Shown one piece after another: positions 46,790 to 58,074 of a DNA stretch of 64,000 nucleotides. Each line of letters starts with the position of its first letter. Position 1 is the first letter of the stretch. The DNA comes from Spiroplasmataceae bacterium (lineage in GTDB: Bacteria; Bacillota_I; Bacilli_A; Mycoplasmatales; JAYUTB01), in NCBI GenBank assembly GCA_043756005.1, contig JAYUTB010000001.1, positions 42,132 to 106,131 on the forward strand. Reading direction: 5' to 3'. The notes below the pieces were generated by a model. The model was not told where the DNA came from and made no database searches. It saw nothing but the letters and a program-made list of their open reading frames with translations. The position numbers and the translations under genes are program-made.

Positions 46790-47119
46790 ATGTTAACAAA
46801 TATTACTAATATTAATGATTTTGAACAAATATTAATAAAAAATTCACAGGTGGTTCTTTATTTTTCAGGATTAAATTGTGGAGCATGTACGTTAGTTGAT
46901 CCAATTGTTAATCAAGTAGTTAAAAAAAATCCTAATATTGATTTTGTAAAAATATTGACTGATGATAGTAGTATGGATCCATTAATACATAAATATTCAA
47001 TCAGCTCAATTCCGTATTTTATTTTTTTAAAAAATGAAAAAATTGTCGCAACAATGACTGGTTATCAACCGGTAATAAACTTTGAAAATAAAATTAATGA
47101 ATTTTTTGACAATGATTAA
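46790..47119 (+). CDS. trxA: Thioredoxin-fold protein with a CGAC active-site motif
   Basis: MLTNITNINDFEQILIKNSQVVLYFSGLNCGACTLVDP...SIPYFIFLKNEK. ATG 46790 was chosen because the track ORF start at 46727 lies inside tRNA-Leu. Confidence 0.8.
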   Translation: MLTNITNINDFEQILIKNSQVVLYFSGLNCGACTLVDPIVNQVVKKNPNIDFVKILTDDSSMDPLIHKYSISSIPYFIFLKNEKIVATMTGYQPVINFENKINEFFDND

Positions 47120-49166
47120 CGAAATTAAATTACTAGCATTAGATTTAGATAAAACTACTTTACAAGATTATTTTTCTTTTTCTAAACAAAACCTTCAAGC
47201 TTTACATGATATTCAAAAACAAGGCTTGAAGGTTTTGTTCGTTACTGGTCGGGGATTACAAGATGCCATTCAATTTTCAAAAGTGGCACAGATTGACAAA
47301 CATTATGGGTATGTGATTGCCGCTAACGGCGCAATTATTTGAGATCTTCAACAAGAAAAAATTATAAAAGAAAATTATTTTTCAATCAATGAGGTTGAAG
47401 AAATTTTTAAAAGCGTGGTTAATTTTAAATTAACCTGTCTGACTTTTTCTTCAAAAAACGAAATTTATTATACAAATACACGATTAATTTGATTTTGATT
47501 TATTCGGTTATTTTATTTAATGCGAAAAATAACTATTTTTAACAAAATAAAGCTTGAAAATTTGCATGATTTAAATTTAAAATATTATAAAATAGTTATT
47601 TTTGGTAGAAAATCAGTCATTAATAAATGAAAAAAATATATTAATATTGAAGAGAGAGAATGAAACACTTATTATAAAACATCAACACAATTTTTTGAAA
47701 TTAATCCTTCAGTAAATAAACAAACCGCTTTGCAATGGTTTGCGAAAGCACAAAAAATTGACAAATCAGAAATCATGGCCGTGGGTGACGGAGCAAACGA
47801 TCTTGAACTTTTAAAATGAATCGGTTATCCGGTAACTTTAAAAAATGGTACTAAAGAAAACAAAGCAATATCATTGATAATTTTGCCTAATTATAAAAAG
47901 CACGCGATTGCATATTTAATTAAACGATTGAATGATGAAAAATATTCGCCACATGTTACAAATAAAACCATCACAAATCAGATTATAACAAATGCTAATT
48001 TAACAAATCAACAATCAATTGCAAATATCAATCATCAAGAAGTTTCAGTCGAAACAAAAGAATATATAACTGCCTCAAACATGAATAATAATATTGCAAC
48101 AAAAACAGACCATGATGAAAAAATTATTTTAACATTTACAAATTTATATAAAAGTATTGAAAATCAACAAATTTTAAAAAATATTAATTTTCAAGTCAGA
48201 GTGGGCGAATTTATCACAATTCTAGGACCTTCAGGATGTGGCAAAACAACATTATTAAGAATAATAGCCGGTTTTGAATATCCAGAAAAAGGTGAAATTT
48301 TATTTTTTAATAAAAATTTACTAAATATCCCGGTTTATAAAAGAGAAATAAATACAGTTTTTCAAAATTATGCATTGTTTCAACACTTAAATGTATTTGA
48401 AAATATTGCTTATGGTTTAAGAGTTAAAAAAATTAACAACACCATTATTAAAGATGAAGTAATTAAAATTTTAAAAATGGTACATTTAGAAGATTCAATC
48501 ACAAAAAAAATTGATCAATTATCGGGCGGACAACAACAACGGGTCGCTTTAGCAAGAGCATTAATTAATAAACCAAAAATTTTATTATTAGATGAACCAT
48601 TATCAGCTTTAGATTCTAAATTAAGAAAACAAATGCAAATTGAATTAAAAAAAATTCAACAAGAAATTGGCATAACTTTTATTTTTGTAACTCATGATCA
48701 AGAAGAAGCGTTAACAATGTCTGACAGAATTATCATTATGAAAAAAGGTGAAATTAAACAAATCGGTAATTCAGAAGATGTTTATAATGAACCAAAAGAT
48801 CGTTGAATAGCCGCTTTTATTGGTCAATCTAACTTAATTGACACCGGTATATTTATAAAAGATAAATTAATCAATTTTGACAAACAAAATTTTGAAACAA
48901 TTACAGTTGGCTTTAAAGAACAAGAGCCAGTTGATATTGTTTTTAGACCAGAAGATATTGATATTTTAGATCCAAATGTAGGTTTTTTTAACGGAAAAGT
49001 AACATCAATCACATTTAAAGGGATCCATTGAGAAATCACTATTGCTACTGAATATCGTTTGTGATTAGTACATACTACCGACCATTTTGAAATAAACGAA
49101 TTAGTATCTATTAAATGAAATAAAGAAGATGTTCATGTCATGGCTAAATTAACAAATGAAGAATAA
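47112..49166 (+). CDS. potA: In-frame fusion of a Cof-type HAD phosphatase domain and the spermidine/putrescine ABC ATPase PotA (684 aa)
   Basis: HAD motifs: [27 protein letters not shown] read every codon from 47343 to 47940 and found only TGA, no TAA or TAG, before the ABC domain ([32 protein letters not shown]). The gene ends at TAA 49164..49166. Confidence 0.8.
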
Positions 49167-49200
49167 AAAATGATTTTTAAATAATTCTGTTGAAAAAAAC

Positions 49201-50013
49201 ATGTTTAGTAAAAAAACATATAATCAATGAATATTTTTTTTAATACCATGATTGATTTTTATTGTATTATTAATTATTTTACCTTTAATATTGGGTGTTT
49301 TAATAGCAATTAATGCTCCTGTTTTTAATAAATTTCAATTATTTTTAGAAGAAAAGATATCATGACAAACAGAACATCTATGATTGTTTTTTAGAACAAT
49401 TGGAATTGGATTATGTGCAAGTTTTATAGCAATTTTAATAGCTTATCCGGTTGCTTATATTTTATTTCGAATGAATAATGGTTTTTTTCAATTAAATTTA
49501 ATTCTATTGTTTGGTTTACCATTACTGATTAATAATGTTTTGCGGGTAATTGGTTTACGTGATCTTTTTGAAATGATTCAAAGTGAAAATCACAAAGTAA
49601 TTGGCACTTATTGAGGAATCATTATTACAAGTGTGTATATGTTTGTACCATTTGTTATTTTGCCTATCTATAATACCTTAAAAACAACAAATCCAGATTT
49701 AAAATACGTGAGCCAAGATCTTGGCACAAACGATATCAAAACTTTTTGAAAAATAACTTTTCGTTATTCCATTCCTGGAATAATTTCAGGAACAACAATT
49801 ATGTTTTTATTTACATGTGGTTCGTTAGTAATAACCGATCATATTGGAGCATACAAAATTAAAACATTAGCAACATTTATAAATGATATGTTTGTGCTTG
49901 GTTGAAACTGACGAATATGTATTTATTTATCATTAATTTTTTTAATTTTTTTAATTATTACAACCATTATTAGTAATAAAATTAGTAATTGATCTTTAGG
50001 GCAGAACAAATAA
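49201..50013 (+). CDS. potB: Spermidine/putrescine ABC permease PotB
   Basis: ATG 49201 is in frame with track ORF 49384..49614. The joins were checked and the gene ends at TAA 50011..50013. It has the typical binding-protein-dependent permease layout. Confidence 0.8.
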
Positions 50014-50015
50014 TT

Positions 50016-52043
50016 ATGAAAAAAACAACAAATTGATTTAAATACAGTTATCTAATAATGATTTTGTTTTTTTTGTACATACCTATTTTAACAATAATTG
50101 TTTTTTCTTTTTGAGGAAAAATTGATGCAACACAGAGTTGGTGAAATTTTAATAATTTTAAGGAATTATTTAAAAAAGAAAGTTTAATAAGATCTTTTTT
50201 TGTAACTATTTTTGTTGCTTTTGTATCTTCATCATGTTCAACAATGTTAGCGGTTTTTGCATCAATCGGTGTTTCAAAACTAAAAAAAAATTACAAAACC
50301 ATGATTATGAGTATTTCAAAAATACCTATTTTAAATTTTGATATAATAACGGCAATATTTTTAACGTTAACGTTATTAATGTTCGGCTTTAAGTTAGGTA
50401 TAACAACTTTAATTTTATCTCATATTTTAGTGTGTACGCCTTATGTTATTTTAATAATTTATCCAAAAATTAGGTTATTAAAGAGAGAAATAATTGAATC
50501 ATCATTAGATTTGGGAGCTACTTACTTTAAAACGATTATAAAGGTTGTAATTCCTTCGATAAAATCATCAATTATTACTGGTTTTTTTATCTCATTTGTT
50601 ATTTCTTTTGATGATTTTACAATTTCTTATTTTACGGGAGGCACATATCATAATTTATCTACGTTTATGAACACTATCAGAGAATATCAATTATGAATGA
50701 ACGCTTGTGTAAGCTTGGTTGTCTTAACTTTATTATTAGGCATTGTCGGTTGCAATTTATATTTTTTTGTTTTCAAAACAAAAAAATATAAAAAATATTA
50801 CATAAATTGATTGGCTAAAATTAAAAGGATTAATAATTACGTCAACATTAGTGACAAACTTTTTTATTTTAAATCATTAATTAAAAAAGTCAAATCAATT
50901 GTTTTAGTGATAATTATTATTGGTGGATGTGTACTATTTAATATGAATTTTGTATCAAATAATAAAATAAAATTATTAGCGTGAGGATCGTATGTAAGTG
51001 ATAAAGTTGTTAAAGATCAAAACATAGAATTAAATCAAATGGATAGTAATGAATATGCTGTAATAAAGTTAAAAACAACTGATTATGACATTATCAATTC
51101 AATGTATCCTATTATTGATAACGTTTTGATAGAAGCAAAATTAATACAACCAATTGATTGAGAGGGAATTGGCAAGCATTTTGAAGACACAACATGAAAA
51201 CAACAACATAACAGCGATAAAACAAATGTTTTTAAAAATTGATTTTGGCAAAATAAGATACATAAAAAATTTCAAAAAGCTTTAACAAATGAAAAAATGA
51301 ATTATGGAGTGCCTTATTTTGCAAATTTTTACCCGTTAGTTATTAATGAAAAGGAAAATCCTTTGGCTTATGCAAAAGCACTGAAAAAAATAAAAGACAA
51401 AAATCCAAGCTTAATTGATAAAGATGAAACATTTAAAAATTTGGAAATTTTAAACCATTTTATTAATGACAACATAGGAGGTAAAAACGGAGATAAACAA
51501 ATGCAAATATGATTGAACAAAGATACGCGTAATCTTTTGATGTTGGGTTCTTTAGTTAAAACAGGCAAACATGAGCCAACAAATTCAGAAGAACTGAAAG
51601 AAGCATTAAAATGAGTTAAAAATTTATTAATAAAAAGCAACGTTCATATAAACAGTGATTACATAAGAGAACGATTTAAAAATAACAAATTTGATGTTGG
51701 ATTTAGTTATAACGGGGATTTTGTTAATGGTTATAATAAAGATTATAAATGAAAAGTAATCTCAGTTCAGGAATCAATTGCTGACATAGATTTTTTATGT
51801 GTGGCTAAAAATGTTAATAATATCAAAAAAGAGCAACTAAATAAATTTTTTGCTTATATTTTATCAGATAAAATTCAGGCACATCTACAAGACACATTTA
51901 ATTACACTTCCCTTAATAACAAAATCAAAATCACAAATAATGATGAAACACTCCCAAAAATAATGTACCCATGATCAGCAAACAAGCTTTTATCCATGCC
52001 GCAAAAATATTTAGATGAAGCGATTTTAGCAATTAAAGCATAA
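50016..52043 (+). CDS. potC: In-frame fusion of the PotC permease and a PotD-like substrate-binding domain (675 aa)
   Basis: ATG 50016 and track ORFs 50244..50696 and 51297..51512 share one frame. I read 50697..51297 codon by codon and found only TGA. The C-terminal half has PotD-like blocks (LLAWGSYV..., DSNEYAVIKL, YGVPYFANFYPLVINEK). Confidence 0.75.
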
Positions 52044-52066
52044 ATATCAAGCATTGGCTTGATATT
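52043..52066. terminator. Hairpin between the convergent potCD and gpmI genes (possible bidirectional terminator)
   Basis: A 10-bp stem AATATCAAGC / GCTTGATATT with loop ATTG. There is no clear T tract on the + strand. Confidence 0.4.
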
Positions 52067-52083
52067 AATAAAAAGTTATCAAT

Positions 52084-53577
52084 TTAATCAGATTCGTTAA
52101 TTATTAATGATGGTTGATCCATTTCTGGTGGTTGATGAATGTTTAATAATGCTAAAATAGTTGGTGAAACAGAAGCAATCGTTAAATTACTTTTAAGACG
52201 AAGCTTAGGTTGATTAATAATGAAAGGCACTTGATTAATAGTATGAGCCGGATTAATAGTATGATCATCATTGATCATCATTTCAGCATTACCGTGATCA
52301 GCAGTAATTATTAAAATACCGTTGTTGTTTGTCACGTTATCATAAATTTGTTTAAGACATGCATCAATTATTTCAATCCCTTGCATCGTTTGTTTTAAAA
52401 AACCAGTATGACCTAACATATCAGGATTAGCAAAGTTAATTACAGTAAAATCATAATTAATTCATTTTTCTAAAAATACATTAGTAATATCTTGTGCTTT
52501 CATGGCCGGAGCTAAATCATAAGTAGCTACTTTTAAAGAAGGAATTAATATCCGTTCAACATTTGGTCAAAGTGTATCTTGGCCGCCATCAAAAAAATAA
52601 GTAACATGAGCATATTTTTCAGTTTCAGCAATGCGTAACTGGGTTAATCCCTTTTTACTTAATCATTCACTTAAGCAATTATTAATGATTGGTTTCTTAA
52701 AAATGATATCATGCACTTGTAAATGATCAGCATAGTTAATTAAACTAACCACATGATGATTATGAAGTTTGACATGTTGATGATCTTCACTGTTAGTTAA
52801 TAAAGTGGTTAATTGAATCATTCGATCAGGCCGAAAATTAAATAACACAATGTTATCGCCATCTTTTATATGGCCAGCTACTAACGGCGATCACGCCGGT
52901 TTCACAAATTCATCATATCTACCATCTCTATACTCATGTTTAATATAAAGTATTGGATCATCAAAGTGAATTAATCCTTTGCCTAATAAGTTATTATAAG
53001 CTGCCATGGTACGTGCTCACCGTTGATCGCGATCCATAGCATAATACCTTCCTGATATAGAAGCTATATCAGGAAGGTTGAATGATTGCAATGTTTGTTG
53101 CACTTGACTAACAAATTGTAACGCTTGATCTTGTTTCGTATCACGGCCATCTAAAATAAGATGAACATAAACATTTTGCTGGTTTTTAAAAATTTTTAAT
53201 AAAGCTAATAAATGATTAATATGTGAATGCACACCACCATCAGAAACTAATCCAATAAAATGAATCGCTGTTTGACGATTTTTGATGGTATTTCATGCCG
53301 CATGATTAACTAACGTGCCATCTTTTAAAGATTGATTAATCATTACTAATGATTGCGGCATAATGCGACCGGAACCAAGATGTAAATGACCTACTTCTGA
53401 GTTACCAATTTGACCTTCAGGAAGACCAATTGCAAGGCTTGCCGCATGTAAACTAGTCGATGGATAAGTGTCGTATAAATAATCAAGTAATGGCGTGTTT
53501 GATTGATGAATCGCATCACCGATATCGCCTTTACCTAGTCCAAAACCATCTAAAATAATTAATACAATTTTTTTCAT
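52084..53577 (-). CDS. gpmI: 2,3-bisphosphoglycerate-independent phosphoglycerate mutase
   Basis: Track ORFs 52084, 52663, 53017 and 53293 share one frame (1494 nt). N-terminus LIILDGFG...[14 protein letters not shown]. Confidence 0.95.
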
Positions 53578-53687
53578 ATCGAGTTGGTTCGGTTAATAAG
53601 CTGCAATATACAATTAATGATTATTAAAAAAACATAACAACAAACAACAACATAATAAGTAAGATGTGCCATGCTTATTGTTATTAA

Positions 53688-55424
53688 TTAATGACCACTG
53701 AAGATAGTTTTTAATTTTTTATTAATCACGTTTTTAACTTCATCATGGGTTTCAAGTTTTAAAACTTTTTTAACTAACGATTGCATTTCTTTTGTGTCTA
53801 ATAAGGAAATTAATTTTCTAGCGCGTAATATGTTAGCATTATTCATTGAAAAACAATCAAGCCCGAGACCAATTAATAGGGGGATGGCTTGCTCTTCGCT
53901 AGCCATTTCTCCACACATGCCCACTCATTTGCCATGTTTGTGTGCGCCATCAATAATCAGCTTGATCATTTTTAAAATCGACGGATTCAATGGTTGATAT
54001 AAATAAGCAACTTTAGTAGACATACGATCAGCTGCCATAGTATATTGAATTAAATCATTAGTCCCGATTGAAAAAAAATCACAATATTTAGCAAATTTTT
54101 CAATATCCATCACTACACTAGGAATTTCAACCATTATGCCAATTTCAATGTTGTTGCTAAATGGAATGTTTTTTTCCATTAATTCTTGTTTACATTCTTC
54201 TAAAATTATTTTTACTTTTTTTAATTCATCAATGGTAGCGATCATTGGAAACATAATCGCTAATGAACCAAATACGGAAGCTCTTAATAAAGCTCGTAAC
54301 TGTGGTTTAAATATTTTAAGTTGTGTTAAACAAATTCTGATCGCGCGATAGCCTAGAAAAGGATTCAATTCTTTTTTCATTTTAAAATAAGGTAATGGTT
54401 TATCGCCACCAATATCTAAAGTTCTAATAACAACTGGTTTGTTACCCATATCTGCTAAGATTTTTTTGTATGCTATCAATTGATCATCTTCCGTCGGAAA
54501 ATTGGTTTGTTGCATATATAAAAATTCCGTTCTAAATAAACCAATCCCGTCGGCAGTTTGTTCGACAGCGGCCATCACATCTTCAACATTACCAATATTA
54601 GATTCTACTTTTACAGGTTTGTTATCTTTAGTTAATGTGGGTAAGTTTTTAAATTTTAATAAAGTGATTTGTTCTTTTTCACGCTCAAGTTTGATAATTT
54701 CTAATTTTTTAATTTGCATGGGAGTTAATTTAAATAATACTTCTTCTTTATAGCTGTCAATACATAACATTTCACCCTTTGTAACAACTTTATTAATGTC
54801 AGTTACACCTAAAAGAACCGGAATTTTTAATTGTTTTGCTAAAATACCACTATGAGATGTTTTTGATCCAACCGCACAAACAATGCCCTTAACATATGAA
54901 GGATTTATTTGCGCAATTTGTGAAGGTTTTATATCTTCACAAATTAATATGACCGATTTATTAATTAAATTCAAATCAAATGGTATTGATCCAGATAAAT
55001 ATATAATTAATTTTTGAAAAATATCACGTAAATCAATGATGCGATTACGAAAATAATTATCTTCAATTTGTGAAAAAATATCGATATACTCTTTCATAAC
55101 CTGATTAACAGCAAAAACAACATTATATTTTTGATCATTAATTAATGATTGAATTTTAGAAATAATTTCTGGATCTTGTAATAGTTCACAATGTACTTGA
55201 AAAATATCAGCATGTTTTTTACCAACACTATCCAAAGTGTGTTTTTTTAAAATATTTAAGTCTACTAAGGTTTGTTTAATGCCATCATCTAATTTAAGTA
55301 ATTCAGCGGCTGGATCAATAATTAAATGATCAGATACTTTTATTTTTTGATTTTCAAGAATATAAGCGGGAGCAATTGCTATTTCATAACCAATACCGAT
55401 ACCTGATAATTTGTGAAAAACCAT
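53688..55424 (-). CDS. ptsI: PTS Enzyme I (phosphoenolpyruvate-protein phosphotransferase)
   Basis: Track ORFs 53925..55424 and 53688..53924 abut at a TGA codon. Motifs include GSKTSHSGILA (active-site His region) and FFSIGTNDLIQY. Confidence 0.95.
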
Positions 55425-55426
55425 GT

Positions 55427-55693
55427 TTATATAAAATTATTCTTTTTCATAACTTCTTGTAAAGCTTGTAAAGCTGTAACTTCATCTTCGCCATCGGCTT
55501 GGATTTTAATTTTAGTACCAACTAAAATGGCTAACGACATAATACCGATGATTGATTTCATATTACAGGTTTTTTTGTCAAGTGTAATAATTGATAAACA
55601 ACTTTTAAATTTAGATGCTTCGGCAACAATGATTGCGGCTGGCCGCGCATGAAGGCCGGTAGCATTAATAACAATAACTTCACAAAATACCAT
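55427..55693 (-). CDS. ptsH: Phosphocarrier protein HPr
   Basis: MVFCEVIVINATGLHARPAAIIV (His-15 motif). ATG 55693 gives 88 aa, so the track start at 55732 is probably too long. Confidence 0.9.
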   Translation of the reverse strand: MVFCEVIVINATGLHARPAAIIVAEASKFKSCLSIITLDKKTCNMKSIIGIMSLAILVGTKIKIQADGEDEVTALQALQEVMKKNNFI

Positions 55694-55766
55694 ATGAATA
55701 TTATGCTCTCTTATAAATATTAATAATAACAAGTTTTTTAGTTTTTATTACAAAAAATAAATTTTT

Positions 55767-56669
55767 TTATAACAAACAAGTTTTGATTTTAAAATTATCA
55801 AATACTAAACTAATACCACTTTCATTTGCAAGTAATTTATGCACACTTGTTTCAGCTAATGTAGCTGCATATCATCGATCGGTTGCTGATGGAGTGCCAC
55901 CTCTTTGTGCATAGCCTAATATATTAACAATTGTTTCAAAGCCAGCCTCATCATTAATTCTTTTTTGTAAATCATAAACATTATATAAATGTTCAGTCAC
56001 AACTATCATAACTGAGCGATGATTAATCGATTTAAAATATTTAACTTGATTAACAATTTCATCTTCACTCAATCTAGCTTCCGGAGTGGAAATTATTTCA
56101 GAATTTGTAATAATGCCTGATTTATGAGTTAAATCGCCACAAAAACGACCCATAGTAACCACGATTGAACATCGATTATGAGATTCAATCGTATCACGAA
56201 TTTTGTCAATGGCACAGGCAACCGTATCCAAAACTGTGTCAAAACCTAAACTTAATGTAGCAACAAAAATATCGTTATCAATTGTGCCGGGCACAGCAAT
56301 CGTGGCAATATTATATTTTTGTAACGCTTTAGCGGCCAGATAAGAACCGTTACCTCCACAAATGACTAAACCGGTAATACCGTGTTTATGTAAATTATCA
56401 ACAGCTTGTTGTTGGCACGCAATTTTTTCAAATTCTTTATAACGACTTGTACCAATAAAAGTGCCACCTTTATTAAAATAAACGTTAAAAGCATTATTTT
56501 TAGGTACGGCGATAATGTTATCTTCTACTAAACCTTTAAAACCGTCCTTAATTATATAAGGAATAACATTGTTTTTAAAACAATGATTAATAAATGAAAT
56601 CACTAATGTATTCATACCTGGCGCATCACCGCCAGACGTTAATATTGCAAATTTTTTAAGCATTAGCAA
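55767..56669 (-). CDS. pfkA: ATP-dependent 6-phosphofructokinase
   Basis: ILTSGGDAPGMN, PGTIDND and GYAQRGG motifs. The frame continues through TGA at 55872 to TAA at 55769..55767. Confidence 0.9.
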
Positions 56670-56716
56670 ATTACCTTAATAGATTTAATAATTAACAATT
56701 ATAACAATAAATGTAA

Positions 56717-57472
56717 TTAGTTAGAAATTTTTCTTAATTTTTTAAAAGTTTTTGGTACAAATGAATATTGTCGTTTATGTTTACTGTTAATATGTAATTG
56801 TTCAATAATTGATTGAGCATCAGCATCAATTGATTGATTCATTAATCACTGATCAATTTGATCATAAGTTACTTTTAATTCCATTTCATCAGTAACGCCA
56901 TCTTCAAAGCCGGGGGTGGGCGCTCGTTCAATAATTGCGGGCGTGATATGTAAAATTTTAGCTAATTTTTGAATATGTTGTTTAGTTAATTGAATGATCG
57001 GCGATAAATCACTAAGATTGTCGCCATATTTAGTAAAAAAACCAGTATATCATTCGCATGCGTTGCTAGTACCCAACACTAAATATTCTTGTGATGATGC
57101 AATCGCATAAAGTGAGGCTAATCTTAATCTAACTTTTAAATTATTTAAAGTGACTTTATTTAAATCAAATGTAAAATGTAAACTTTCTTGGAGAGTTTTA
57201 AAAGTTAGTGTTAAATCAATCGTTCGATAATTAAAAGGCCCACTCATCATCAATTGCTCAATCATTTGATAATCAATTGATGGACTTAAACAAGGTAAAA
57301 ACACTAATAAATGGTGATTGGGAAAAGCAATTTGTGCTAAAACAGCAACAACGGCTGAATCAACCCCCCCACTAACCCCAACAACAACTCCTTTGTGGCC
57401 TGATGTTAAAACATACTCACGAATTCAATTAATTAAATAATTTTTATATTTTATTAAATCTGTGGTTTGCAA
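56717..57472 (-). CDS. nadE: NH3-dependent NAD+ synthetase NadE; start codon uncertain
   Basis: PP-loop GVSGGVDSAV lies upstream of track ORF 57050..57304 in the same frame. TAA is at 56719..56717. There is no in-frame ATG upstream of the conserved N-terminus; TTG at 57472 (or ATA at 57454) is proposed. Confidence 0.8.
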
Positions 57473-58026
57473 TTTAGTAACATTTCCTCTTCAATAATTG
57501 TAACAGTTTCGCTATCTGTAAAAATCTTAACGATAGCTAAACTAAAATCAATGGCGCTGACTGGCCCGATGGCAGTAATAATATTTTTATCAATTACAAC
57601 GTTTTTAGTATCAATAATATTAGCATGATCTAAATAATTATAACATCCTGGATAAACAGTGACATTTTTACCATTTAATACGCCCGCTTTCCCTAGTACT
57701 TGGGTTGCGGCACTGATTGCTGATAAATACTTATGAGATGTATTAAAATCAGCGATAATTTTTAAAAAATCTGGATGATTGTTTAAGAATGCAACTACAT
57801 CATCACCGCCGGGAATAAAAATCATTTGATAATCATTAAAATTTATTTTTTCAAAAAAAGCATTAGTTTGAATGGTAATATTTTTATCACCAGTAACAAG
57901 CATTTGTTGGTTAAAACTAATTAAATCAACTTCAAAACCAGCTCGTTTTCATATATCAATGGCCGTAATTAATTCACGCTCTTCAAATCCGTTAACAATT
58001 GGTACAGCGATTTTTATTATTTTCAT
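57454..58026 (-). CDS. DJ-1/PfpI/ThiJ-family protein with Ser at the nucleophile-elbow position
   Basis: ATG 58026 (MKIIKIAVPIVNGFEERELITAIDIW...) joins track ORF 57454..57903 through TGA. An AGGAG RBS lies upstream. The motif reads LSAISAATQVLG where the family normally has AIC. Confidence 0.75.
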
Positions 58027-58074
58027 AATTATGTGCTCCTCTAAAATTAATTATGTTAAAACATTAATTTTCCT

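Noticed and set aside
53578-53687. Possible terminator or small RNA between ptsI and gpmI.
   Set aside because: Only a weak 6-bp stem (AATAAG...CTTATT) with a 14-nt loop is present. There is no convincing structure or conserved RNA motif.
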